From the NCBI GenBank assembly GCA_965248435.1, contig OZ252100.1, forward strand, positions 3,488,001-3,552,000: a stretch of DNA of 64,000 nt, read 5' to 3'. The position numbers and the translations under genes were made by a program. Within the stretch, counting starts at the first letter, position 1; the number at the start of each line of letters is the position of its first letter. This DNA is from Candidatus Latescibacterota bacterium. GTDB taxonomy: Bacteria > Latescibacterota > UBA2968 > GCA-2709665. Shown here one piece after another: positions 9,623 through 18,717 of the stretch. The notes under the pieces are model-generated. The model was not told the origin of the DNA. It was given only the letters and a program-made list of their open reading frames with translations, and did no database searches.

Positions 9623-10168
9623 TCAAGGAAGGAGGACTGCCCCTGCGATCACGGTCGTCCAGCGTGAATGCCTGTCGCCAATCGTACTCTGAGTGATGTT
9701 CCGAGTATTCACGATAAGACCGCTGATTTTCCAGATCTCCTGCTTTTCGTCCCAGCTTCCGTCCGGATCGAATTCCAGACCGAGGCTTGTGGCGAGCATC
9801 TCTGCGGCAATGTCCTCCGCATAATCTCCTGCCTGGCTGTATGTCTCTCCAAAGCTATGATGTTCGGATAAGTAGCCGTGATGCTCCCTGTCCTTCGGGA
9901 TGGCAACGCCGACAGAAGCGGCAACAAGCCTGTTCGGCTCGTTCGTCGCATTCTCGCTGAGCACGCAGAAGACGATCTGACCGGGGGACAGCTCCTTCAG
10001 GCCTGCCTCTCTGCTGATCAGCCGACACTGGGGAGGGAAGATACTCGACACGCGCACGAGGTTGAAGTGGGCGACACCGGCCTTCCGGAGCGCCAACTCG
10101 AAGCTGTTCAGCTTTACGGCGTGAATGCCCACCCCCCGAACGAGGAACATCCTCTTTGGGACAAACAT
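9623..10168 (-). CDS. Pyruvoyl-dependent arginine decarboxylase
   Basis: [25 protein letters not shown] (Ser-Ser autocleavage site), [16 protein letters not shown]. Confidence 0.92.
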   Translation of the reverse strand: MFVPKRMFLVRGVGIHAVKLNSFELALRKAGVAHFNLVRVSSIFPPQCRLISREAGLKELSPGQIVFCVLSENATNEPNRLVAASVGVAIPKDREHHGYLSEHHSFGETYSQAGDYAEDIAAEMLATSLGLEFDPDGSWDEKQEIWKISGLIVNTRNITQSTIGDRHSRWTTVIAGAVLLP

Positions 10169-10216
10169 GGTAAGTCCCTATCGAAGACTAACTGTTTAAG
10201 GACAGAAGGGCCCGCT

Positions 10217-10726
10217 TCACTTCTGGCGCCAGATCTCCCAGACGAGATGCGAGAGTTCGGGTACGATCAGTTTTTCCATCGCGAGGCGCACAGCTCCGGA
10301 AGAGCCAGGCATGCAGAACACCATGAGATCTCGGTAGACGCCCGCGACGGCGCGCGAGAGCATCGCTCCTGAGCCGATCTCTTCCCAACTCAGGGACCGA
10401 AACAGCTCTCCGAATCCGTCGAGTCTCTTCTCCAGAAGACCCGCGACGGCTTCATATGTCGTGTCCCGCGCCGCGATTCCCGTTCCACCGTTCATCAGAA
10501 CGGCCTGGCAGGCCTCCCCGTCGGCGATTTCGACCAGGGTTCGTCGGATCTGATCAGGATCGTCTGCGACGATCTGATAGGATCCCAGCTTGTGGCCGGA
10601 TCCGTCCAGCAGCTCCTTTATGACCTTCCCGCTCTTGTCGTCTGCTTCCGTCCGGGTGTCGCTGACCGTGACCACAGCACACGTCACCGGCGCCTGAGCC
10701 TGTTTTTTGTGGTCCTCGTAAGGCAT
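10217..10726 (-). CDS. moaB: Molybdenum cofactor biosynthesis protein MoaB/MogA family
   Basis: VTVSDTR..DDKSG, GGTGIAARDTTYEA, GFGELFR, AMLSRAVAG, MPGSSGAV. Confidence 0.9.
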   Translation of the reverse strand: MPYEDHKKQAQAPVTCAVVTVSDTRTEADDKSGKVIKELLDGSGHKLGSYQIVADDPDQIRRTLVEIADGEACQAVLMNGGTGIAARDTTYEAVAGLLEKRLDGFGELFRSLSWEEIGSGAMLSRAVAGVYRDLMVFCMPGSSGAVRLAMEKLIVPELSHLVWEIWRQK

Positions 10727-10847
10727 CGTCTCTCCTCCCTGGTTACGATGGACGTAACATTCAGGTTTATCACAATGTTACATCGAAACATCGTCCAAAT
10801 CCTGGATACCTGAGGCGGGTGTAATATATGCGGACCAAAAAAAGGAG

Positions 10848-10875
10848 TCAAGTTGACTGAAGAGGATGCCGATAT
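10848..10875 (+). promoter_or_regulatory. Putative sigma28 (FliA) promoter
   Basis: TCAAGTTG-N12-GCCGATAT about 40 nt upstream of the SprA-like gene; resembles TAAAGTTT-N11-GCCGATAA. Confidence 0.65.
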
Positions 10876-10917
10876 GATGGGAATAGGGGAAGAACGCTCA
10901 AACCTAGGCTACGAGCA

Positions 10918-11886
10918 ATGCAGATCGATACCATTCCACAGACATATTCACACCCCGGACCGCAAACTCTCCGTGAGGGCATCCAGGAAGGGCAGCAGCA
11001 AGGTCAGAGGCCTCCCGGAAACTCGCTCACAGAGGAAGACCGGTTCGAACCCTCTGAAGCGGGGGTCAAATTTCTCGGTGCTGAGAAACCGGGCTCCGCA
11101 CAAGCGGTGGAGGACGAAGGGGCCAAAGTGAGCGGCTCGCCTCCTGGATCGAGTGAGGGTGCCCAGCAGGCCACCTCGGAACTTGGCGTTGAAGCTGAAC
11201 GCGAAAAGACTGAAGGGGAGGCATCTGCCCGCCCTGGATCAGATCTGCCTGAAGAGGATCAGGCAGAGGTCAAGCGTCTCCAGGAGCGTGATCGGGAGGT
11301 CAGGGCTCACGAACAGGCCCACATAGCAGCGGGCGGACGCTACGTCCAGGGCGCTGCACAGTTCGAGTATGAGACCGGACCAGATGGGAAGCAATACGCC
11401 GTAGGGGGTGAAGTTGGCGTTGATGCCTCCGAGGTTCAGGATGACTCTCAGGCGACGATCCAAAAGGCTCAGGTCATTCGAAGGGCGGCGCTCGCTCCGG
11501 CACATCCCTCGGCTCAGGATCACCGGGTCGCTGCCGCCGCTTCCCGAATGGAAGCGAAGGCGCGACAGGAGCTGATAACGGAAGGCGAGGGGGAAGGCAT
11601 CCAGAAGGACGAAGCGGCGGGCCCCGAAGAGACACCATCGCTCGGAGAAGGGGACGATGTGAGTCAAGATAGCCTTCCGGGGGACTCTGGAGCCGAGGCT
11701 TCGGGTGTCAGTGGTGTGGGGTCCGAAGGTCAAGATGGTATCGAGGGAATGGGTGAGGTCGAGCAAACCGGATCGAATGATTCTGACATAAACTCGACCG
11801 CTCCTCCTGACGTCAGCGGACCGTCTCAAATCACATTCGACCAGGGAGTGACGCGTCCTGGTCAGCTGGTGGATATATATAGTTAA
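10918..11886 (+). CDS. SprA-related family protein (putative HExxH metalloprotease, CJM1_0395-like)
   Basis: LQERDREVRAHEQAH, YETGPDGKQYAVGGEV, IRRAALAPAHPSAQDHRVAA; acidic low-complexity flanks. Confidence 0.85.
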   Translation: MQIDTIPQTYSHPGPQTLREGIQEGQQQGQRPPGNSLTEEDRFEPSEAGVKFLGAEKPGSAQAVEDEGAKVSGSPPGSSEGAQQATSELGVEAEREKTEGEASARPGSDLPEEDQAEVKRLQERDREVRAHEQAHIAAGGRYVQGAAQFEYETGPDGKQYAVGGEVGVDASEVQDDSQATIQKAQVIRRAALAPAHPSAQDHRVAAAASRMEAKARQELITEGEGEGIQKDEAAGPEETPSLGEGDDVSQDSLPGDSGAEASGVSGVGSEGQDGIEGMGEVEQTGSNDSDINSTAPPDVSGPSQITFDQGVTRPGQLVDIYS

Positions 11887-11913
11887 CCTTTCGTAGTGAA
11901 CAGCGATGAGGCG

Positions 11914-11946
11914 AAGCCCTGGAGAAAACTCCGGGGCTTTTTCTTT
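11914..11946 (+). terminator. Rho-independent terminator
   Basis: AAGCCCTGGAG-AAAA-CTCCGGGGCTT stem followed by TTTCTTT. Confidence 0.85.
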
Positions 11947-11950
11947 GAGG

Positions 11951-11978
11951 CGGACAACAGACTGCAGACGGCAGACCG
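11951..11978. repeat. Degenerate heptamer repeat x4
   Basis: cggacaa cagactg cagacgg cagaccg. Confidence 0.6.
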
Positions 11979-12167
11979 CCGAATGGATGGACTGATTCGC
12001 GAGGTTAGCGGTCCGTGGTCTTGGATAGCGATTTTGGTCACCCTCCCGCGAATGTGACGGATCTGTTGAGCGTTCCTTTTTGCTTTGAATGATCGAAATT
12101 TCGTCGGTAATTACTTCGGTGGACACACTCTAATGATGTAATCATCCGTGCTGGAAGGGATGTCGAC

Positions 12168-13025
12168 ATGGGCGCAACCGGTCCAAGGCGAATCGGAGAA
12201 TTCGAAGTGTGGCTGTTGAATGCGGGACGCTTCAAACTGGACGGAGGGGCGATGTTTGGCGTCGTGCCAAGGGTGCTCTGGGAGAAGCGCACAAAGCCGG
12301 ATGAGCGAAATCGCATCTGGCTGGGCATGAACTGCCTGCTGGTACGCACGCCTGATGAGACGGTCCTGATCGAGACGGGGTTCGGAGACAAGCACACGGG
12401 AAAGGAACAGGAGATCTACGGTATCGAGCCGCCCGGCGGACTCGTCGAGTCGCTATCGGATGCGGGCGTGGCTGTTGACGAGATAGACAAGGTCGTCTTG
12501 ACCCACCTCCACATGGATCACGCGGGCGGAGCAACGGTGGCAAAGGGTGGTGAGTATCTACCGACGTTTTCCAATGCCCGCTATGTCGTTCAACGGAAGG
12601 AGTGGGACGATGCGGTGAATGCCGACGGCCAGACGTCCGGTGGCTACTTTACGGAGGAAGATCTCATTCCCCTCGATCGGTCAGGTGTCCTGGAGCTGGT
12701 GGATGGGGACCACGACGTCTGCGGCGGCATTCGTTCGTTTATCACTCCCGGACACACCCGCGCGCACCAGTCTGTCGTGGTGACGTCGGGTGGAGAAACT
12801 GTCTGCTTCATCGGGGACCTGGTTCCGATGAGTCCTCACTTGCGTCCAATCTACATCATGGCCTTCGACCTCTACCCCAAAGAGACGTATCGTGTCAAAC
12901 AAGAGGTGTTGATGCAGGCTTCAGATGAAGGCTGGCTGGTGGTGTTTCCCCACGATGTGGGTCTCCCGTGGGGATATGTGAAGGTCGATGCGGACGGGAA
13001 TTTTGTGACCGAGGGAGCGAAATAA
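12168..13025 (+). CDS. MBL-fold metallo-hydrolase (YtnP-like lactonase family)
   Basis: LDGGAMFGVVP, THLHMDHAGG, TPGHTRAHQ, GDLVP, FPHD. Confidence 0.9.
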   Translation: MGATGPRRIGEFEVWLLNAGRFKLDGGAMFGVVPRVLWEKRTKPDERNRIWLGMNCLLVRTPDETVLIETGFGDKHTGKEQEIYGIEPPGGLVESLSDAGVAVDEIDKVVLTHLHMDHAGGATVAKGGEYLPTFSNARYVVQRKEWDDAVNADGQTSGGYFTEEDLIPLDRSGVLELVDGDHDVCGGIRSFITPGHTRAHQSVVVTSGGETVCFIGDLVPMSPHLRPIYIMAFDLYPKETYRVKQEVLMQASDEGWLVVFPHDVGLPWGYVKVDADGNFVTEGAK

Positions 13026-13027
13026 CC

Positions 13028-14011
13028 ATGCCGATCAAGATCGTATTCTGGCCTCCCCTGGAAGCGGAATGGATGGCGAAGGTGAAGGCGCTTGGGGTTG
13101 ACGCATTTGCGGCGCAGACAGAAGAGGAGGTACTGAGGGAAGCAGGGGATGCGGTGGCCTTTTGCGGGAACCCGACGCCGGCGATTCTGAGCGCGGCGAC
13201 GCAGCTGAGGTGGATTCAGGCGCAGAACATCGGTCTGGACAATTTCTTCTTCCCCGAGCTTCGAGAGAGCTCTGTTACGGTAACGAATGTGAGAGGGATC
13301 TACAGCGATGTGATTGCGGACCACGTCTTTGCGTTGTTGCTCTCGTTTGCCCGTGGGTTGCATCACTACGTGCGCCGACAACAGGAGGGAAGGTGGGCGA
13401 AGTCAGCTGAAGTGATCCACGTCGCCGGGACGACGTTGGGCGTTATCGGATTGGGTGGGATCGGGCTGGCCGTGGCCGAGCGGGGACGCGTGTTCCGCAT
13501 GCGTATTCTGGGTCTTGATCCCGCCCCGAAGGCCAGGCCGGACTACGTCGAGGCGGTCTACGCTGTTAATCGACTTCACGAGATGCTGGCCCAGGTGGAC
13601 TTCCTGGCCATCTGCGTGCCGCATACTTCTCTGACCGCACACATGATCGACGCGGTGGCCCTGAAGGTGATGAAACCCGGGGCCATCCTGATCAACATCG
13701 GACGAGGTAAGGTGGTGGACCTGAAGGCGCTCACCGAAGCGCTAGAGGCAGGAGCGCTCGGCGGGGCCGGTCTGGACGTGTTCGAGGAGGAGCCACTGCC
13801 CGAGGGTCATCCGCTGTGGGCGATGGAAAACGTCGTCATTACGCCCCACGTGGCGGGGTCGTCACCCAGAATTATCCCGAGGCGGATGGATTTGATTGTG
13901 GAGAACGTGAGGCGGTTTTGCGAAGGCGAACCGTTGCTGAACCTGGTGGACAAAGAAGCGGGGTATGTTGTGGAAGTCAACCCGGAGGGCGATGCGCACA
14001 TCGATTTGTGA
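13028..14011 (+). CDS. D-2-hydroxyacid dehydrogenase
   Basis: GVIGLGGIG, LINIGRG, GAGLDVFEEEPL, ITPHVAG; start taken at MPIKI. Confidence 0.9.
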   Translation: MPIKIVFWPPLEAEWMAKVKALGVDAFAAQTEEEVLREAGDAVAFCGNPTPAILSAATQLRWIQAQNIGLDNFFFPELRESSVTVTNVRGIYSDVIADHVFALLLSFARGLHHYVRRQQEGRWAKSAEVIHVAGTTLGVIGLGGIGLAVAERGRVFRMRILGLDPAPKARPDYVEAVYAVNRLHEMLAQVDFLAICVPHTSLTAHMIDAVALKVMKPGAILINIGRGKVVDLKALTEALEAGALGGAGLDVFEEEPLPEGHPLWAMENVVITPHVAGSSPRIIPRRMDLIVENVRRFCEGEPLLNLVDKEAGYVVEVNPEGDAHIDL

Positions 14012-14017
14012 TCGGCG

Positions 14018-14824
14018 CTAACCGAGAAGGGAGAGCGCCCTCTGTGGAAGAACGTTCACCTGCGCCAGTAGAGCGATGTTGGCCTGGGCGAGGATGCGGG
14101 AACGTGCAAACGCGGTCGTCTCTCGAGCAACGTCGGCGTCGCGAATCGTGGACTCGGATGCCTGAAGACTCTCGATCGCGCTCTCGCTGGATCGGAGGCT
14201 GAACGACAGGCGGTTCTGAACGGCGCCGATGTCTCCGCGCTGAGTGGAGACTCTCGAGATCGCCTGGTCTACCTGGGAAATCGATTGTCGGCTGGCCTCC
14301 GGAGTGGCGACAGAGGCGCCGGACAGGTTGAGATCGGCAGTAGAAGAAGCCAGCGTGTCAGCGTCAACACTGATCTGATTGGCCTGCGTCGCGTCCGCTC
14401 CCACCTGAAAGGTGACTGGATTTGCGGTCGGTGATGAGGAAGCGCTCACCCGATCGATTTCAGCCGTCAGCTGCGAGAATTCAGTCTGCAGGGTGGAGCG
14501 GTTCTCTGTGGACAAGGTGGAAGATGAGGCCTGCACGGAAAGCTCTCGCAATCGGCCAAGGATTCCGCTGACCTCGTTGAGGGTCCCGCCGGCCTGCTGC
14601 AGGAAATTGGTCGCCTGCTCGACATTCCTGACGGCTTGCGTCAGTCCGCTAATCTGCGCCCTCTGACCCTCGCTGATACTTAGACCGGCAGGGTCGTCCG
14701 CGGCACTGTTGATGCGAAGCCCGGTCGCCAGCCGCTTGATCCTGTTTTCAAGCTTGCGGAGGTTGACGTTCAGGGAGCGACGGACGACGTTTGTTCCGAG
14801 GTTCGTGTTGACGCGCAGGGGCAT
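14018..14824 (-). CDS. fliC: Flagellin, minimal type (about 268 aa, D0/D1 only)
   Basis: MPLRVNTN, LATGLRINSAADDPAGLSISE, RLRELSVQAS, FQVGA, RGDIGAVQNRL, ESTIRDADVARE; RBS AGGAG. Confidence 0.9.
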   Translation of the reverse strand: MPLRVNTNLGTNVVRRSLNVNLRKLENRIKRLATGLRINSAADDPAGLSISEGQRAQISGLTQAVRNVEQATNFLQQAGGTLNEVSGILGRLRELSVQASSSTLSTENRSTLQTEFSQLTAEIDRVSASSSPTANPVTFQVGADATQANQISVDADTLASSTADLNLSGASVATPEASRQSISQVDQAISRVSTQRGDIGAVQNRLSFSLRSSESAIESLQASESTIRDADVARETTAFARSRILAQANIALLAQVNVLPQRALSLLG

Positions 14825-14961
14825 GGCTTGCTCCTGAGTACGAAGAAATTCGATCTTGACATCACCAAGATATTGAATCACGGAGAAAGCTGCAATTCAA
14901 TTTTGTGCTATCTCGCGCCGCCTGACGCAGGAACAAGCACTCGGTCGAGAGAGGGTGAGCT

Positions 14962-15849
14962 ATGGAATTCAGGACCTTGGGGAAGACGACGATGAACGTC
15001 AGTCGAATCGGTTTCGGAGGCGCCAGAATCGGTTCGGATGAGGTTCCACCCGATCAGGTCGAAGCATTGCTGAACACCGTATTGGATCTGGGCATCAACT
15101 TCGTGGATACAGCAGCGTGCTATCACGAGAGCGAGGAATGGATCGGCAAATTCATCGGCCGAAGGCGAAGCGAATTTATCCTGGCTTCGAAGTGTGGACA
15201 CGTGACCGGAGGGGCGAGCGGAGAGAAATGGTCCAGGCCGGTAATCTCCGAGAGCGTCGACCGGTCTCTCAAGCGCCTCGAGACGGACTACCTCGATCTG
15301 CTCCAGCTCCACAGCTGCTCGAAGGAGGTGCTCCTTGAAGGAGAAGCAGTCGATGCGATTCTGAGGGCGCAGGAGCAAGGGAAGACACGACACGTCGGAT
15401 ACAGCGGCGACGGGGAAGACGCCCTCGAGGCAGTACGGATGGGGGTCTTCGATACGCTTCAGACTTCGTTCAACCTCGTAGACCAAAGCGCAAGGGAGGA
15501 AATCCTGCCCGCAGCGAAAGAGGCGGGGCTGGGCGTGATCGCAAAGCGCCCCGTGGCCAACGGTGCCTTCGGCAAGTCCGCCTCCCCGTACAAGTACTCC
15601 GATCTCTACTGGAAGCGTGCGCAGCGGCTTCAGGTACCCGAAGGCGCTCCTGAGGACCCGCAGGAGTTGTCGCTTCGATTTACGCTGTCTGCGGACGTCA
15701 TCGATACAGCTATCGTGGGGACGACGAAGGCGGAGCACGCGCGGCGGAACGTCGAGCTGGCGGAAATGGGGCCTTTAGCGGCTTCAGTCAGGGAATCGTT
15801 TTACGATCAGTTCGAGAGGTTGGGGAGAGATTGGACCCAGCTGATGTAG
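14962..15849 (+). CDS. Aldo/keto reductase
   Basis: GINFVDTAACY..SEEWIG, SKCG, SLKRLETDYLDLLQLH. Confidence 0.9.
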   Translation: MEFRTLGKTTMNVSRIGFGGARIGSDEVPPDQVEALLNTVLDLGINFVDTAACYHESEEWIGKFIGRRRSEFILASKCGHVTGGASGEKWSRPVISESVDRSLKRLETDYLDLLQLHSCSKEVLLEGEAVDAILRAQEQGKTRHVGYSGDGEDALEAVRMGVFDTLQTSFNLVDQSAREEILPAAKEAGLGVIAKRPVANGAFGKSASPYKYSDLYWKRAQRLQVPEGAPEDPQELSLRFTLSADVIDTAIVGTTKAEHARRNVELAEMGPLAASVRESFYDQFERLGRDWTQLM

Positions 15850-15853
15850 CGCT

Positions 15854-16951
15854 TCATCCCAAACGCTGCCGCAATATCTCTGCCGCTTCACACATCGACC
15901 TGAGCTTCAAGTAGGCTTCGTCCAGGTCCATCGGATTCTGAACCGAGGGGGAGAACCCGCAATCCGGGTGCAGGGTGATGCGCTCTGCATCCACGTGGCG
16001 CATCGCGCCCTCCACGCGCGCCACGACTTCCTCGGCCGTTTCAACGTGAGTGTCGCAGTGGTCGATACACCCGAGACCCAATCGTCGATTCTCGGGGAAT
16101 TGTGAGAGGGATTCCAGGCCCCCTGCATCCGGGGTCGCATACTCCATCGAGATTGTACCTACTCGAACGTTCTGAAGGGCCGGCATAATCAGTTCGTAGC
16201 CGCCCTTAGTGGCGTGCTTGTGGTCGAAGTGGGCGTGGCAGAGGTGCATTCCGGTCGCAATGCCTTCGATTCCGTCCACCGTCTGGTTGATCAGGTCCAC
16301 GCAGAGGTCCATTTCGTACTGCAGGTCGGTGACGTTCTCCCTTTCGCGAAAGTTCGGATCGACCATCGTACTGAGCCAGGGCTCGTCGAGTTGAATAGTG
16401 TCGGCTCCGATGTCGCGGATCGCCTCGATCTCCCGCCGCAAGATCGGCACGCAGTCGGCCATCAGCTTCTCGGGACTCGGATAAGCCGCCTTCGAGTGAT
16501 CAGGATGCCACATCCGCCGGCCGACGATGTAGGGCGCGGGCAGCGTCGCCTTGACCCTTCGCTGAGTCAGTTTCCGAGTGTAACGGACCTCCTCGGCCGC
16601 CAGAGGCTGGAAATACTCGATCGGTGCGACGACAGCCGGGTAGGACAACACCCCGTCGCTGGGGTTAAGGTCGGACTGAAAACCTCGCACACGTTCGGCA
16701 AAGATCTTGACGTAGCTCTCCCGGCGCCATTCGCCATCGGTGATCTCGTCCAGGCCGGCCCGTTCCTGAAGCCGAATCGCCGATTCGACCGCGCCGTCGA
16801 GCAGGCTGTCGACATCCTCCTCTGAAATCCGACCCTCCTTCCGATCCAGGATCACTTCGCGAATCCATTCTGGGCGAGGCAGGCTTCCGATTACGGTCGT
16901 GGGAAACAGCTTGTCTGCCAAGCCAGGCCTCCTTTCTTTCCGGCTCTTCAC
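15854..16951 (-). CDS. Cobalamin-independent methionine synthase II family protein (single-domain core MetE)
   Basis: TTVIGSLPRP, ITDGEWRR, IQLDEP, HLC, PDCGF Zn-ligand motifs. Confidence 0.85.
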   Translation of the reverse strand: MKSRKERRPGLADKLFPTTVIGSLPRPEWIREVILDRKEGRISEEDVDSLLDGAVESAIRLQERAGLDEITDGEWRRESYVKIFAERVRGFQSDLNPSDGVLSYPAVVAPIEYFQPLAAEEVRYTRKLTQRRVKATLPAPYIVGRRMWHPDHSKAAYPSPEKLMADCVPILRREIEAIRDIGADTIQLDEPWLSTMVDPNFRERENVTDLQYEMDLCVDLINQTVDGIEGIATGMHLCHAHFDHKHATKGGYELIMPALQNVRVGTISMEYATPDAGGLESLSQFPENRRLGLGCIDHCDTHVETAEEVVARVEGAMRHVDAERITLHPDCGFSPSVQNPMDLDEAYLKLRSMCEAAEILRQRLG

Positions 16952-16969
16952 CCCACCTCACAAAACATC

Positions 16970-17270
16970 ATGCCTCCGGCGGCCTACTTTTCTTGTCTCG
17001 CCACAAGAAAAGTAGGCAAAAGAAAGGCGCCCCTCAGACGCCGGGGGGGCTTGGGCCGCGGCACCTTACCTTCAGTGGAAAGCACCGACGCAGCAATAGT
17101 CCGGAACTCCTCCCGTCACCAGATGCCCGCTGTGGGACCCGCCCCCACCCCGCGAATTTCCATTCGCCCGCGCCGCCACCCCCGCACTTCACCCGGTCCC
17201 ACAGAGGGCCCCAACCCCTTGGGAGGAGGAACGCGCTTGGGTGCAGGGGAGTCGCACACCGCGGCCCTGG
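16970..17270. repeat. Highly structured intergenic element (REP/MITE-like or ncRNA)
   Basis: Perfect 15-bp hairpin 16982-17017 plus nested inverted repeats 17053-61/17259-67, 17107-14/17221-28, 17130-39/17195-204, 17152-57/17162-67. Confidence 0.65.
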
Positions 17271-17329
17271 TGCGAGTTAAGTGATATATTCCCAGAGTTT
17301 CAGTGCCGCCCGCGGGCTGGCGAGTAGAG

Positions 17330-18418
17330 CTATTTACTTCCAATCGCAGACGCTACTGCACTCCCGACGCTTTCTGTCGAGGCGCTTCCTCCGAGGTCGG
17401 CGGTGTGGTTCGACGGGTCTTCGAGTACCTGCCCGACCGTCGCGTCGATCGCCCGCGCAGCGGTCGCGGCATCCTGGTCATCGTGACGCGCTCCCAGCCA
17501 GGTGAGCATCATCCCGGCCGAGAGGATCTGGGCCAGTGGGTTTGCAATGCCCTGGCCGGCGATGTCCGGGCCCGTGCCGTGAGAGGGTTGAAAGACGCCG
17601 TATCGGTCTCCGACGTCGGCCGACGGGGCCATCCCCATCCCGCCGATCGTCGCAGCCGCGAGGTCAGATATGATGTCGCCAAACATGTTCTCCGCGACCA
17701 CAACGTCGTAGTAGTCTGGTTTTTTAACCTGGTAGACAGTAAAGGCGTCTACGTAGGCGTAGTCGCGTTCTGTATCGGGGTAGTTCTCGGCCACACCATC
17801 ATAGACCTTTCGGAAGAAGGCCATGCTTTTTAGGATGTTGGCTTTATCGACGCACGTGACACGGCGCTTTCGATCCTTGGGGGCACCCTGCCGCTGCCCG
17901 GCGATTTCGAAGGCATAGCGCACAATCCGTTCCGTACCGGTCCGCGTTATCACCAGGTTATCCACCGCTACGTCGTCGCCCACGCTGACGCCGGCGCCGC
18001 AGGAGGCGTAGAGGCCTTCGGTATTTTCGCGCATGATGACATAGTCGATGGGAGGATCGTCGGCAAGAAGGGGCGAGATGCCGGGAAACCTCTTGATCGG
18101 ACGAATTCCGGCATACAGGTCCAGGACGAATCGCAGGGTAATTTGAGGCGTGATCTCTGTGCCATCGGGAAAGCGGACATCTGGATCTCCCGCAGAGCCG
18201 AAAAGGATCGCATCCGATTTCCGGCAGGCCTTTAGCGTATCCTCCGGGAGGTCGCTTCCGGTCTCCGTGTAGCATTTTGCGCCGACCGGGTATTCGGTCA
18301 GGCTCAAGCTCAGGTTCGGAAAGGGCGACTTGAGGGCGTCGAGGACCTTGAGTGCCTCGGCCATGACTTCCGGCCCGACGCCGTCACCTGAGAGGACTGC
18401 GATGTTGTAGCTTGCCAT
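17330..18418 (-). CDS. Isocitrate/isopropylmalate/tartrate dehydrogenase family protein
   Basis: LSGDGVGPEV, RENTEGLY, VDKANIL, ENMFGDIISD, PSHGTGPDIAGQGIANP. Confidence 0.9.
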   Translation of the reverse strand: MASYNIAVLSGDGVGPEVMAEALKVLDALKSPFPNLSLSLTEYPVGAKCYTETGSDLPEDTLKACRKSDAILFGSAGDPDVRFPDGTEITPQITLRFVLDLYAGIRPIKRFPGISPLLADDPPIDYVIMRENTEGLYASCGAGVSVGDDVAVDNLVITRTGTERIVRYAFEIAGQRQGAPKDRKRRVTCVDKANILKSMAFFRKVYDGVAENYPDTERDYAYVDAFTVYQVKKPDYYDVVVAENMFGDIISDLAAATIGGMGMAPSADVGDRYGVFQPSHGTGPDIAGQGIANPLAQILSAGMMLTWLGARHDDQDAATAARAIDATVGQVLEDPSNHTADLGGSASTESVGSAVASAIGSK

Positions 18419-18584
18419 GAGTAACACCTAGTGGACAACTTCGAAGTGCGAGGCGAAGGAAGATCATGCCTGCTTGTCTGTTTGACTCCGGTCTCAGAGC
18501 TTCTCAGAATCTGGGCACCTTGTCAGTTTAGGGCTGTGTTGAGAAAAATGTTTTAAGGCATGAGCACGATTCCTCGATAGTTAA

Positions 18585-18655
18585 CTACAACCTAGACGCT
18601 GGAAAATCAGCGGCAGCGCGAATTACCTGCCGCTGCGTCGCTAATTGGGTTGCAT
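18585..18655 (-). mobile_element. Degenerate attC-like site
   Basis: Minus strand ATGCAAC...CAGCGGCAG-loop-CTGCCGCTGATTTTCCAGCGTCTAG-GTTGTAG; 71 bp, AAC/GTT ends, central hairpin. Confidence 0.5.
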
Positions 18656-18717
18656 GAGGAGACTTTCCTGATCTCCTTTTTTATTGCTCTGGTCCGAGAA
18701 GAGCCATCGGCGAGTTG

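Noticed and set aside
16951-17330. SAM or cobalamin riboswitch upstream of the MetE-like gene
   Set aside because: I could not find the conserved cores; the region is reported as an unknown structured element instead.
18531-18548. GGGCTGTGTTGAGAAAAA resembling an IS terminal repeat at the island edge
   Set aside because: I found no partner repeat, transposase or target duplication.
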